Source: an uncultured Alphaproteobacteria bacterium | GTDB taxonomy: Bacteria; Pseudomonadota; Alphaproteobacteria; HIMB59; GCA-002718135 | Direction: 5' to 3' | NCBI GenBank assembly: GCA_902586695.1 | Contig: CACIIL010000001.1 | Location: 22,196 to 86,195, forward strand | Length of the DNA: 64,000 bases | Shown here: positions 38,392 through 48,967 of the stretch, one piece after another | How positions within the stretch are numbered: the first letter of the stretch is position 1 | Layout of the letters: every line of letters starts with the position of its first letter | The notes under the pieces: model-generated | Database searches by the model: none | What the model was told of the DNA's origin: nothing | What the model saw: the letters and a program-made list of their open reading frames with translations, nothing else | Translations under genes and position numbers: made by a program

Positions 38392-38942
38392 TGAGGGGAT
38401 CTTTAGAAACTATTGTAGGTGCAATGTTTGCTGGAAAGACGAGCGAGTTATTAAAAAGAATTCTTTGGGCGAATCATCAAAATAAAAAAATAGTCGTTAT
38501 TAAACCAAGTATTGATGACCGTTATTCAGAGTCAAAAATAATTACTCATAACGACTTAAGTCATGAGTGTTATTCTATGAAAAGCTGGGATGATATTAAA
38601 AAAGAATATGAATTCAAAAAAGAAATAATAGATATGGTTTTTTTAGATGAAATTCAATTTTTAGATACAGCTGACACTCTTAAAAATGTTGAATTAATTT
38701 TAAATGAAGGTATTGACGTTATTTGTGCTGGTCTTGATCAAGATTCAAGGGGCAAGCCTTGGGAGACATCATCAATGATTCTTGGTCTTTCAGATAAAAT
38801 TTTAAAAATATACGGATTTTGTAATGTATGCGGTATGGAAGCAACCAAAACATATAGAAAGACTGAAGGCGGTGGAAGAACGCAAGTAGGTGCAGCTAAT
38901 ATTTATGAGCCTAGGTGCCTTAAGCACTGGAGCCCTAGATAA
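38388..38942 (+). CDS. tdk: Thymidine kinase
   Basis: GAMFAGKTSELL P-loop, FLDEIQF, and the C-terminal zinc-ribbon cysteines (C.VCG...C..H). Confidence 0.9.
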   Translation: MMRGSLETIVGAMFAGKTSELLKRILWANHQNKKIVVIKPSIDDRYSESKIITHNDLSHECYSMKSWDDIKKEYEFKKEIIDMVFLDEIQFLDTADTLKNVELILNEGIDVICAGLDQDSRGKPWETSSMILGLSDKILKIYGFCNVCGMEATKTYRKTEGGGRTQVGAANIYEPRCLKHWSPR

Positions 38943-40901
38943 TTATTTATTTAATCTATTATCAATTAATTCTTTAACAACACTAGGGTCTGCAAGTGTT
39001 GTAGTATCACCTAATTGATCATGCTCGTTTGCGGCAATTTTTCTAAGAATTCTACGCATTATTTTTCCAGACCTTGTTTTAGGTAATCCTGCTGTAAAAT
39101 GAATTAAGTCTGGTGTTGCAATTGGTCCTATTTTTTTTCTAACTACTTGTTTTAAATCATTTTTGAGGCTATCAGAATATTCCTCACCAACTTTTAATGA
39201 AACATAGCAATATAAGCCATTGCCTTTTATATCATGTGGATAACCAACAACAGCAGCTTCAGAAACTTTTGGATGACTCACAAAAGCACTTTCTATTTCA
39301 GCGGTTCCCAAGTTGTGCCCAGATACAATAATTACATCATCAACTCTACCTGTTATCCAATAATAACCATCTGCATCTCTTTTACAGCCATCTCCAGTAA
39401 AATATTTTCCATCAAATTGAGAAAAATATGTATCAATAAATCTTTTATGATCTCCATATACTGTTCTCATTTGTCCTGGCCAAGATCTGTTCATACATAA
39501 CATCCCTTCACACTCACCATTAAGAACCTTGCCTTCTTTATTTACTATAACTGGTTCAATGCCATAGAAAGGTTTTGAGGCCGATCCAGGTTTAAGTTTA
39601 ATAGCACCTGTTTGTGGTGAAATTAAAATTCCTCCTGTTTCGGTTTGCCACCAAGTATCAACTATAGGACATACAGAATTACCAACTACCTCATAATACC
39701 ATTTCCAAGCCTCAGGATTAATTGGCTCACCAACTGTTCCTAATAATTTAAGTGAAGACCTTTTTGTTTTTTTAACATAATCATCACCTTCTCTCATAAG
39801 GGCTCTAATTGCTGTTGGAGCAGTGTAAAAAATATTTACTTTGTGTTTGTCGACTATATTCCAAAACCTTGAAAAGTCAGGATAGTTAGGGACACCTTCA
39901 AACATTAAAGTTGTAGCTCCATTACTTAAAGGCCCATAAATAATATAGCTATGCCCAGTAACCCAACCAATATCAGCTGTGCACCAATAAATATCATTCT
40001 GTTTGTAGTTAAAAATATATTCATGTGTCATAGAGGCGTATACTAAATAACCACCAGAAGTATGAAGTACGCCTTTCGGCTTACCTGTTGAGCCCGAAGT
40101 ATAAAGTATGAATAAAGGATCTTCTGCTGACATTATTTCTGGTTCACAATAATTTTCAACATCTTTTACTAAATCATCAAAAAAAACATCACGACCCTCG
40201 ATAATATTAATTTTTTCACCTGTTCTTTTTACAACAAGACATTTTTTTACATCAGGACAGTTTTCTAGTGCTGTGTCAGTAATTTCTTTAAGAGGAATTT
40301 TTTTTCCACCTCTTACTCCTTCATCAGCTGTTATTACAAACTCTGATTTACAATCTAGAATTCTACCAGATATAGAGTCTGCAGAAAATCCTCCAAAAAT
40401 TATAGAATGCACAGCACCAATTCTTGCACAAGCTAGCATCATATATGCAAGCTCAGGTATCATTGTTAAATAAATTGTTACCCTATCACCTTTTTTTACC
40501 CCTAATTTTTTTAGAACATTTGCTGACTTAGAAACATTTGTTAATAACTCCTGGTAACTAATTTTCTTTACATCATTGGAGTCATCACCTTCCCAAATTA
40601 TTGCAGTTCTATCAGGGTTATTTTTTGCATGACGGTCTATGCAGTTATATGAAACATTTAGAGACCCATCATAATACCAATTTATATCAACCTCTTTATT
40701 GGAATAAGTTACATTTTTAATTTTAGTGTAATTTTTTACCCAATCTATTCTTTTCCCCTCTTCTTTCCAGAAATTATCATTATCTTCTATTGAATTTTTA
40801 TATTTAGCTTCATAAGTTTGAGAATCAACCTTTGCTTCTTTAATCCAGACATCTTTTATTTCCATTTTAAGTAAACTAATTCTAAAATTGTAAAAATTCA
40901 A
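38943..40901 (-). CDS. acs: Acetyl-CoA synthetase
   Basis: [19 protein letters not shown], and [21 protein letters not shown]...[12 protein letters not shown]. The true start may be the internal Met at about 40865 (MEIKDVW...). Confidence 0.97.
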   Translation of the reverse strand: MNFYNFRISLLKMEIKDVWIKEAKVDSQTYEAKYKNSIEDNDNFWKEEGKRIDWVKNYTKIKNVTYSNKEVDINWYYDGSLNVSYNCIDRHAKNNPDRTAIIWEGDDSNDVKKISYQELLTNVSKSANVLKKLGVKKGDRVTIYLTMIPELAYMMLACARIGAVHSIIFGGFSADSISGRILDCKSEFVITADEGVRGGKKIPLKEITDTALENCPDVKKCLVVKRTGEKINIIEGRDVFFDDLVKDVENYCEPEIMSAEDPLFILYTSGSTGKPKGVLHTSGGYLVYASMTHEYIFNYKQNDIYWCTADIGWVTGHSYIIYGPLSNGATTLMFEGVPNYPDFSRFWNIVDKHKVNIFYTAPTAIRALMREGDDYVKKTKRSSLKLLGTVGEPINPEAWKWYYEVVGNSVCPIVDTWWQTETGGILISPQTGAIKLKPGSASKPFYGIEPVIVNKEGKVLNGECEGMLCMNRSWPGQMRTVYGDHKRFIDTYFSQFDGKYFTGDGCKRDADGYYWITGRVDDVIIVSGHNLGTAEIESAFVSHPKVSEAAVVGYPHDIKGNGLYCYVSLKVGEEYSDSLKNDLKQVVRKKIGPIATPDLIHFTAGLPKTRSGKIMRRILRKIAANEHDQLGDTTTLADPSVVKELIDNRLNK

Positions 40902-40945
40902 TATTTAATTTCAAATGAAAGAATAAAAAATAGTTTATTTTTAAT

Positions 40946-41359
40946 TTATTTTTCTGAAATTTTTATAATTGTATCCCATTCAGTTTTTTTTAGCGGCATT
41001 ACTGATAATCTTGATTGTTTGATTAAAGCTATATTTACTAGTTTTGGTGTAGACTTAATTTTTTCAAGAGACACAGGTCTCTTAAGTTTTTTTATAGCTT
41101 TTACATCTGTCACAACAAACCGACCTGTTTTATCAGTAGGATCAGGGTAGTGCTCTCTAACAACTTCAACAATTCCAATAATTTGTTTTTCTGAAACAGA
41201 GTGATAAAAAAAACAGAGGTCCTTTTTTTTCATCTTCATTAAATTGTTTCTAGCTTGATAATTTCTTACTCCATCCCACATTGTAACCTTGTCTTTAACT
41301 TGATTGTTCCATGACCATGATGATGGCTCAGATTTTAGAAGCCAATAACTAATTTTCAT
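40946..41359 (-). CDS. EVE (PUA-like) domain protein
   Basis: YWLLKSEP..W.......WDGVRNYQARNNL...D..FFYHS is the EVE domain signature. Confidence 0.85.
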   Translation of the reverse strand: MKISYWLLKSEPSSWSWNNQVKDKVTMWDGVRNYQARNNLMKMKKKDLCFFYHSVSEKQIIGIVEVVREHYPDPTDKTGRFVVTDVKAIKKLKRPVSLEKIKSTPKLVNIALIKQSRLSVMPLKKTEWDTIIKISEK

Positions 41360-41396
41360 AAATTAACATTAAATTTTTATTACATGTATGTCAAAA

Positions 41397-42404
41397 TTAA
41401 CTTTGAGAAATAGTCAATCTTGGATTTGGTTTAAAATCAAGATCATTACTTTTGGAATACTTTAAAATGGTTGCCCAGGCTATCATTGCAGCATTATCAC
41501 TCATCATAAATTCAGGTGGGTAAAGTATTTTAATACCATTTTCTTTTTCTAAGTTTTCAAAACATTTTTTTAAATATTTATTATTTGCAACTCCCCCAAC
41601 TACTGAAGCTGATAAATTGTTATATCTGGTCCTGTCTATACTTTTTATTGCTTTATTTAATTTTGTTATAAGGATATTTGCAACACACTTTTGAAAAGAT
41701 GCAGAAATATTTTTTATGAAACTATCGTCCATTTTATTTTTTTTTGAAATTAAATTTATTGATGTTTTGAGTCCTGAAAACGAAAAATTCAGATTGTTTT
41801 CTTTAGTTAACGGTTGAGGAAGTTCAAAAGAGTTCTCATCACCACTCATTGCTTGTTTTTCTATTTCATAACCTCCAGGATAAGATAGCCCCAATATTTT
41901 TGCAACTTTATCAAATGCCTCTCCAACAGCATCATCAATTGTTTCACCTATTAAATTTATTGTTTTTAGGTCTTCTAATAAATATATTTGTGTGTGGCCC
42001 CCTGTTATAAGAAGACACAAATGGGGAAATGAAATTTCATTATTGAAGAAGGTTGATAAAACGTGTGCTTCAAGATGATTAATTGGAACAAAAGGTTTTT
42101 GAAGCCCAATGGCTAAAGATTTTGTAAAAGTAGAGCCTATAAGTAGCCCCCCAATAAGACCTGGTCCACAAGTCGCAGAAAACAAATCAATATCACGTAA
42201 ACTTAATCCAGAATCTTCAAATGCTTTTTTTGTTATATTTTGTAGTATTTCTAAATGGGCTCTTGAGGCTAATTCAGGAACAACACCACCATGTTTTTTG
42301 TGAATTTCTTGAGAATATACTATGTGAGAGAATATTTTCTTATCATTTTGCATAATGCAAATTGAAGTTTCGTCACATGAGCTTTCTACAGAAAATACAA
42401 GCAT
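41397..42404 (-). CDS. tsaD: tRNA N6-adenosine threonylcarbamoyltransferase TsaD
   Basis: ESSCDETS, HGGVVPELASRAH, GPGLIGGLLIG, INHLEAH and GGVA.N motifs. Confidence 0.95.
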   Translation of the reverse strand: MLVFSVESSCDETSICIMQNDKKIFSHIVYSQEIHKKHGGVVPELASRAHLEILQNITKKAFEDSGLSLRDIDLFSATCGPGLIGGLLIGSTFTKSLAIGLQKPFVPINHLEAHVLSTFFNNEISFPHLCLLITGGHTQIYLLEDLKTINLIGETIDDAVGEAFDKVAKILGLSYPGGYEIEKQAMSGDENSFELPQPLTKENNLNFSFSGLKTSINLISKKNKMDDSFIKNISASFQKCVANILITKLNKAIKSIDRTRYNNLSASVVGGVANNKYLKKCFENLEKENGIKILYPPEFMMSDNAAMIAWATILKYSKSNDLDFKPNPRLTISQS

Positions 42405-42465
42405 ATATTTTTGGTATATTAATTTCCTCTGTTAAACAACTAACTAATAATGATAAAAAGTCTTA

Positions 42466-43349
42466 ATGAAAAAAGCACTCGAATATTTATATATATTTTC
42501 AAAGTTTAGCACATCCTTAATACTACTTATATCTATTTTAGTACTTGTGTATTTTTTCTACATTAGTTTCAAAAATCAAGAAAAATCAACAAATGATCAG
42601 ACTGAAATTTTTTACGAAAAACTAAATCAAAATTCAGAAGAGATATATAAAGTCTTAAAAAAAGTAGAAATAACAGATTCGGCTTTGGTTGAAATTAAAA
42701 AATTATTACAAAAAACGCCTGAAGAAAACAATTTACAACAAATAAATGAGTTAAATATAAAAATAATTGAATTGAACTCAAAGCTTGAAAGTATATCAAT
42801 TGATTTAAAAGAAATTAAAACTTTAAATACTGCTCAACAAAAAAATGAATTTTTAGCAAGTAATAATAAAAACTCAATATTAGAAAAAAATAAGTCACAA
42901 ATAGCAAAATTAACTATTTTAAAATTTGAAAATAATTTAGATTTTACTGAAGAGCTAAGTGTTTTGCAAAATTTAAATGATGCTAAAAAAATCACATATT
43001 TGAAAAAATTAATTTAATTAATTTGAAGAATTATAGAGGAAACCTTTTTTTGAAAAAAACTTTTTCTAAAGAGTCTGATATTTTTCTTAAAAACAAAATT
43101 GATAATAATAATGTAATAACCAATTCGTTAATGGAACTTGTTTTAGTTGAGCCATCAAAAAAAAATAATATTAAAAATAATGAAATAAATATTTTAAAAG
43201 AAATTATTTATCTACTTGAACAGAAAAACTATAATAGTTCATATGAAAAAATTTCTATTATTAATGATTATGAAAATTACTTTAGTAATACAATAAATCA
43301 GCTCAAAATAGCTATGGAGTTTATAAAGTTGATTGAAAGGGTTAGTTAA
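42466..43349 (+). pseudogene. Membrane-anchored coiled-coil protein at the HemX/alpha-Mic60 position, split into two frames (42466-43017 and 43023-43349)
   Basis: N-terminal TM helix plus a long heptad-like region. The downstream frame is open from 42987, so a -1 shift in the A7 run (42985-42991) or the A6 run (43003-43008) joins both ORFs into one product of about 290 aa. The second ORF has only a TTG start and no SD. Confidence 0.4.
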
Positions 43350-44646
43350 ATTGTTAAGATTTTTTTGGATTATTGTTCAATTAATTTTGATACTTTCCTT
43401 TGTTTTTTTTCTTGTATCAAATTCATTTAGAGTATCATTTGATATTGGAGATTTATCTTATATTTTTAGTTCAAATCTTTTAGTAATATTTTTACTATTT
43501 TTTATTTTCTTGATTGTTTTAGTTAATTTTATTTATTTTAAAACTAAATATAGTTTTCAAAAATATTCTTATGCTAAAAAATTTAACAAAGCTCAAAAGG
43601 GGTATGATTTTTTTGTAGAAGCAATGATCTCACTTCTTAACAAAGATAATAAAAGCGCATCTATAGCTGCAAAAAAAATGCAGGGTTTATTAGCTGATGA
43701 AACTAGCCTTAATTTACTTTTACAGTCTGAAATACTTAAAATTGAAAAAAAATCAGATAAATTAAATGAAGTTTATGATTTAATGATCAAAAACAACAAA
43801 ACTAAAACTTTGGGATATAGGGGATTAATGGAACAAAGTTTAAAACAACAAGATTACCATCATGCATTCATTTATGGCGAAAAATTATTTTTTATAAATC
43901 CAAAAATCGAAAAATTATATCATACTCTTGTTAACATTATAGCAAAAACAAAAAACTGGAATCAGTTAACTGTAATTTCTGATAGGGCTTATTCTAATAA
44001 AATTATAAATAAACAAGAGGCTAATGAAAACAAATCTATAGCTTTGTATGAAATAGCAAAAATAAAAATGAAAAGCGAAATTAAAGAGGCAATAAAAATC
44101 ATAGAAAAAGCTCTATCTTTTAAAAATAATTTCCCTCCATATATAGCAATTTATATTGAAATGTTATTTTCAATAAATAATCGTAAAAAAATTCAAAAAG
44201 TTTTAAAAAAATATTGGAGTGAAACTCCAAATTCTGCATTACGATACTCAATTACTAACGTTTTAAAAACAAATAAAATAAGTGAATTAAGCTTTATAAA
44301 TAATCTTGTCTCAAAAAATAAAGATAATGATGAGTCAAAAAAATTTTTAGTAGATTTTGCAATTTTATTTAATGAATGGGATATTGCTAGAGAAAATATA
44401 AAAGGTTTGTTAGGGCCTAATCCCACAAGAGAAGTATGTTTGTTTATGTCAGAAATAGAATTAGGTGAATCAAATGATATTCAAAAAAGTGAAGGATGGA
44501 AGCTTAGGGCTAATAATGCTGATATAGACAATTACTGGGTCTGTAAAATAACTAACAATCCTCAAAAAGATTGGACAACACTTTCTGATTCAGGTCATTT
44601 TAATTCCCTTGAATGGCGTCAACCTAAAATGTTAAGTATATTATAA
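43333..44646 (+). CDS. HemY-like (HemY_N domain) TPR membrane protein
   Basis: Two N-terminal TM helices followed by a TPR-like helical region. Its position after the HemX-like gene and divergent from tsaD matches the alphaproteobacterial arrangement. TTG start. Confidence 0.7.
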   Translation: MKGLVKLLRFFWIIVQLILILSFVFFLVSNSFRVSFDIGDLSYIFSSNLLVIFLLFFIFLIVLVNFIYFKTKYSFQKYSYAKKFNKAQKGYDFFVEAMISLLNKDNKSASIAAKKMQGLLADETSLNLLLQSEILKIEKKSDKLNEVYDLMIKNNKTKTLGYRGLMEQSLKQQDYHHAFIYGEKLFFINPKIEKLYHTLVNIIAKTKNWNQLTVISDRAYSNKIINKQEANENKSIALYEIAKIKMKSEIKEAIKIIEKALSFKNNFPPYIAIYIEMLFSINNRKKIQKVLKKYWSETPNSALRYSITNVLKTNKISELSFINNLVSKNKDNDESKKFLVDFAILFNEWDIARENIKGLLGPNPTREVCLFMSEIELGESNDIQKSEGWKLRANNADIDNYWVCKITNNPQKDWTTLSDSGHFNSLEWRQPKMLSIL

Positions 44647-44649
44647 AAT

Positions 44650-45351
44650 ATGAAAAAACTATCTTGCTTTATTGGTTATGATTCTAAAGAAGATATCGCT
44701 TATAGAGTGTGTAAATATTCTTTATTAAAAAGATCTACAATTGAAGTTAATATTTTTTCCTTAAAGTTAGATGAGCTTATTGCTAAAAAATATTATAATA
44801 GAACTATAGATCCTCTTGCTTCAACTCAATTTACTTATTCAAGGTTTTTAGTTCCTGCTTTAATGAATTTTCAAGGATGGGCAATTTTTTGTGACTGTGA
44901 TTTTATTTTTTTGGATGATATATCAAAACTTCTTCAAAATTTAGATGAAACAAAAGCAGTTTATTGTGTACAACATGATTATACTCCAAAAGAAAAACAT
45001 AAAATGGATGGACAAAAACAAACTATATATCCTAGAAAAAATTGGTCTAGCTTTATTTTGTTCAACTGTTCTCATCCCAAAAACAAAAAATTAAATATTG
45101 ATCTCGTAAATAGTGAATCTGGGTCTTTTTTACATCAATTTAAGTGGTTAGAAGATAATGAAATTGGATCTTTAGATGAAAGATGGAATTGGTTAGAGGG
45201 TTGGACATCAAACCATAATCAAAGTAATCCATTCGCAGTACACTATACAAGAGGTGGTCCTTGGTTTGATGAGTGGCAAGACGTTGAATTTGCGAAAGAG
45301 TGGCTTAATGAAAGAGATGAATATCTTTCAAAAAAATTTGAAATAAGGTAG
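44650..45351 (+). CDS. GT8-like (GT-A fold) glycosyltransferase
   Basis: STQFTYSRFLVP, the DxD-type FCDCDFIFLDD, and C-terminal AVHYTRGGPW (compare GT8 HF.G..KPW). Confidence 0.55.
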   Translation: MKKLSCFIGYDSKEDIAYRVCKYSLLKRSTIEVNIFSLKLDELIAKKYYNRTIDPLASTQFTYSRFLVPALMNFQGWAIFCDCDFIFLDDISKLLQNLDETKAVYCVQHDYTPKEKHKMDGQKQTIYPRKNWSSFILFNCSHPKNKKLNIDLVNSESGSFLHQFKWLEDNEIGSLDERWNWLEGWTSNHNQSNPFAVHYTRGGPWFDEWQDVEFAKEWLNERDEYLSKKFEIR

Positions 45352-45352
45352 C

Positions 45353-47131
45353 TTATATTTTTTTTATAAATTCTTTATTTGACAAATCTTTTTTATTTAT
45401 AATTTGCAAACTATTATACCAAGGTGTTTTTCCATCTTCATAATCCCAGTAATGATAAGCAGCATGGTTTGCAGGCTTTATTAATAATGTTTTTACACCT
45501 AATGCACCAGCTAGATGTGCAGTACTATTACTTACGGTTATAAAAATATCTAATTTTGAAAGCAAGTTTGCCAAACCATTAAAATCATTGAATAGATCGA
45601 GGTTTTTTAGGGTAATGATTTTTTTATTATTGCGTTTGTTAAACAAATTAATTTCATTATTAATATCACCATATTGAAGATTAAAAAAAATAGAGTTTTC
45701 TTTTTTAAAAATAAGATCAAAATTATCTAGCTCAAGGGATTTTTCCTTAGCATATCTATTTTTGAAACTTTTCCAAGATAATCCAATTTTTAAACCTTTG
45801 TGACTTTCAATTATTGAATCCAATTCTTTATTTCGATAGTTTTTTATTTTTTTTAAATAGGGTGTATTGCTAAAAGATTCCCTGCTTTTTCTAAAGTATC
45901 TTCCTAAACTTCCGGCATAAATAACATAATCAAATTTTTCAATACTATTTTTGTTTTTGGAGTGATAGCCTAGTTCAACAAATTTATTACAATCAACTTT
46001 TCTAAAAGAGTTTTGAAAAAGATCTATAAGTCTCGGATCGCTCTCAATTATTACATTATTATATTTGTTAAATAAATCTGAATACATTGTTCCATAAAGT
46101 AATTCATCCCCAACTCCCTGCTCTCTTAAAACAAGTATTTTTGAATTAATATTAATACTATTATTTTTAGGTAATTTATTTTTAACAAAATCTAAAGTTG
46201 TATTTTTACTTATAAAATCAGACAAACCTAGTCTTCCATCAAAGTGCATCCAAGCCTTTTTAAAATCATATTTTCTTAACAATATTAATGCAAAAGTTTT
46301 ATTAATATCACTATTTTCATTTTCTAAACTTAAGGCTTTTCTGCAATAGTTTTCTGCATTTTTTATTTTACCAATACTTAAATAAGTTTTTGCAATATTA
46401 TTTATTACAATGCTATTTTTTGGTCTTATGCTTTCTGCATGCTTGTAAAATTTTAATGCTTTGTTATATTCTCCTTCTTCTAAATAAAAACCCGCGATAT
46501 TATTAAGTGTTTCAAATATTTTTGGATTAATTTTAAGAGCTTTTAAAAAATATACTTCTGCATCCTTTGAATTTCTAATCTCATGATTTAATCTTCCAAG
46601 AGAATTTAAAACCTCAATATTATTTGTATCAATTTTTATTGCTTTTAAAAAAATATTATTAGCTTCTTTATATTTTTTAATAGATAAATAACTTAAACCA
46701 AGAGTATTCAATACCTTTATATTTTTATTTTCTTTATTAAGAATTTTTTTACATACATTTATTGAGGCTTCATAATTTTTTAATCTAAATAAAGCATATG
46801 CTTTATCCTGATAAATTTGAGTTAGCGTAGAATTTTCTTTTTCAAGATCATTTATAATATTTAATGCTTCTCCAAAAAGTTCTTTTGAAAAATATAAAAT
46901 GTACAAATTAGTTTTAGATTTTAAATCTGAATTATTTTTTATAAGAGATTTATAATTTACTTCAGCCTCATCAAGTAAACCAAGTTCCTGCTGCATAACA
47001 GCAAGATTGAAACGCATATTTATATTTTTATTATTTTGTAAATAAATTTTTTTAAATTTTTTGTATGCTGACAGTTTGTTACCTTCAGCATATTGTTTTA
47101 TTACTTTATTAAGTTCATCAGATAAATTCAT
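45353..47131 (-). CDS. TPR-repeat protein fused to a GT9-like glycosyltransferase domain (paralog 2)
   Basis: N-terminal approximately 300 aa of TPR-like repeats. C-terminal REQGVGDE...IGLSWKS...DLFNDF...TVSNSTAHLAGALGVKTLLI (GT9-type block). Confidence 0.7.
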   Translation of the reverse strand: MNLSDELNKVIKQYAEGNKLSAYKKFKKIYLQNNKNINMRFNLAVMQQELGLLDEAEVNYKSLIKNNSDLKSKTNLYILYFSKELFGEALNIINDLEKENSTLTQIYQDKAYALFRLKNYEASINVCKKILNKENKNIKVLNTLGLSYLSIKKYKEANNIFLKAIKIDTNNIEVLNSLGRLNHEIRNSKDAEVYFLKALKINPKIFETLNNIAGFYLEEGEYNKALKFYKHAESIRPKNSIVINNIAKTYLSIGKIKNAENYCRKALSLENENSDINKTFALILLRKYDFKKAWMHFDGRLGLSDFISKNTTLDFVKNKLPKNNSININSKILVLREQGVGDELLYGTMYSDLFNKYNNVIIESDPRLIDLFQNSFRKVDCNKFVELGYHSKNKNSIEKFDYVIYAGSLGRYFRKSRESFSNTPYLKKIKNYRNKELDSIIESHKGLKIGLSWKSFKNRYAKEKSLELDNFDLIFKKENSIFFNLQYGDINNEINLFNKRNNKKIITLKNLDLFNDFNGLANLLSKLDIFITVSNSTAHLAGALGVKTLLIKPANHAAYHYWDYEDGKTPWYNSLQIINKKDLSNKEFIKKI

Positions 47132-48918
47132 TAAATTTTATCAATCATCTTATTAACTAAATCTATTGTTTTACCAATAGAACTTTCTAATTTAATAATA
47201 GAAACACTTTCATACCAAGGAGTTTTACCATTTTCATAATCCCAATAATAATATGTGGAAGATTTCTTGGGACAAATTAAAATAGTTGGTACCCCTAAAG
47301 CACCAGCAAAATGAGCCGTTGAGTTGCTAACTGTTACAAAAATATCTATATTTTTTAATATACTAATCACTGAGTCAAAATCATTAAATAAATCAATTTC
47401 GTTAAAATTATAAATTTTATATCCATAGCTATTTAAATCATTAATTTCTTTATTTACATCCCCATATTGTAGATTAATTATTGTTCTATCATTGTTGAAT
47501 ATTTTCTCAAAATTTTTCAAATCTAGAGACTTTAAGCCCCCATATATGTTTACGACACTTTTCCAAGATAGGCCAATTTTTTTTGTTTTATTAAATTTAT
47601 TTAATTTTTCACAAATATTATTATCTATATTTATATTAGATTTAAGAAATGGTTTTTTAGTAAAATCAGATTTATTTTTTCTAAAATATTTGGTTAAGCT
47701 ACCGGCATAAATTACCTTATCAAACCTTTTTATATTTTTTTTTGTTGAAGAAAAATAACCATATTTAAAGAAAATATTTTTTTTATAGGTTCTTTTAAAG
47801 ATTTTTATTAATCTCTCATCACACTCAATTGATAAGTTGTTACATTGATTTATTAAATTATAATACATACTACTAAATAATATTTCATCACCCACACCTT
47901 GCTCTTTAACTATAAGAATTTTATTATCTGGATTTATTTCATCTTCTTTTATTAACTTGTCTAAAATATTTTTATGATATACGTTTTTTTCAGGAAATTT
48001 ATTTGTTAATAACCTTGCATCAAAAAGTTTAAAACCTTCATCAAATTTATATTTGCTTAATAGAAGATAAGAGTAGCCAAGTATAAAATCAAAATTTTGA
48101 TGTTTTTTATTTTTAGTCGAGTTGTAATAATTTTGTACCCATTTAAAATCTTTTAGCCTACATTTGCACATTGCAATATTTTCATCAATTATAATATTTT
48201 TTGGATTTAGATTTTTAGCTTTTAATAAAAACTTTATTGCCAATTTATTTTTATCTTTAAGTGATAAAATATTTGCAATGTTTATGATTGGCAGATCAAT
48301 TTTTGGATTAATTCTATATGCTTTTTTAAAATATAAATATGCAACATTAAGATTTTCTAAATCAATATAACACTTACCTATATTGTTGTAACTATCTGTA
48401 TAGTTTTTATCAAGAGATATTGCTTTTTCAAATATCTTTATTGACTCAAATATTTTTTTACTTGACATTTTTAAGAGCCCAAGAATATTTAAACCAAAAA
48501 CTTCATTTGGGTTAAGACTGAGCGCTTTACTAATAAATATCTCAGATTCCTTTAAGTCTTTTCTCAAATATCTTAAGTAGGCTTTGTCTCTTAAAACCCC
48601 ATATTTAATATTTTTTAGCTTCAATAGCTTATCAATGTAATGCTCTGCTTTTTCAAATTTTTTTACCTTTAATAAGTTCACGTAAATCATTTCAATTGCT
48701 AAATTGTTTTTAGGTTCCAATAAAAGTATTTTAGACAAAATTGATATTGCTTTATCAATTTGATTAACACTAATAAGCATTTTGGTATAAACAAATAATA
48801 AATCTAAATTTTTTTCATTAGAACTTAATAAGAATTCGATTTCTTTTAAAGCCTTCTCCTTGTCTCCAGCATTAAATTTTTCAACTATGGAGATTGTCTT
48901 ATCATTTATTTTTTGCAT
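47131..48918 (-). CDS. TPR-repeat protein fused to a GT9-like glycosyltransferase domain (paralog 1)
   Basis: Same architecture. KEQGVGDE, IGLSWKS, NLQYGDVNKEIN, DLFNDF, TVSNSTAHFAGALGV and YYWDYENGKTPWY are collinear with the downstream paralog. 1-nt TAATG overlap. Confidence 0.7.
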   Translation of the reverse strand: MQKINDKTISIVEKFNAGDKEKALKEIEFLLSSNEKNLDLLFVYTKMLISVNQIDKAISILSKILLLEPKNNLAIEMIYVNLLKVKKFEKAEHYIDKLLKLKNIKYGVLRDKAYLRYLRKDLKESEIFISKALSLNPNEVFGLNILGLLKMSSKKIFESIKIFEKAISLDKNYTDSYNNIGKCYIDLENLNVAYLYFKKAYRINPKIDLPIINIANILSLKDKNKLAIKFLLKAKNLNPKNIIIDENIAMCKCRLKDFKWVQNYYNSTKNKKHQNFDFILGYSYLLLSKYKFDEGFKLFDARLLTNKFPEKNVYHKNILDKLIKEDEINPDNKILIVKEQGVGDEILFSSMYYNLINQCNNLSIECDERLIKIFKRTYKKNIFFKYGYFSSTKKNIKRFDKVIYAGSLTKYFRKNKSDFTKKPFLKSNINIDNNICEKLNKFNKTKKIGLSWKSVVNIYGGLKSLDLKNFEKIFNNDRTIINLQYGDVNKEINDLNSYGYKIYNFNEIDLFNDFDSVISILKNIDIFVTVSNSTAHFAGALGVPTILICPKKSSTYYYWDYENGKTPWYESVSIIKLESSIGKTIDLVNKMIDKI

Positions 48919-48924
48919 AAAAAA

Positions 48925-48947
48925 ACCCAGTCTATCAAAGACTGGGT
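48925..48947 (-). terminator. Rho-independent terminator downstream of the BI-1/YccA gene
   Basis: The minus strand reads ACCCAGTC-TTTGATA-GACTGGGT followed by TTTTTT. It ends 7 nt before the start codon of the next gene. Confidence 0.7.
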
Positions 48948-48967
48948 AATTTTTAAAATTAATTTAA

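Noticed and set aside
38943-40901. An N-terminal 12-aa extension of acs ([12 protein letters not shown]) and the long 5' extensions of the parB (11368) and mnmG (8160) tracked ORFs, considered as real.
   Set aside because: Internal ATGs (about 40865, 11434 and 8190) give N-termini that match the conserved family starts and avoid overlaps with upstream genes. The extensions are probably ORF-finder artefacts.
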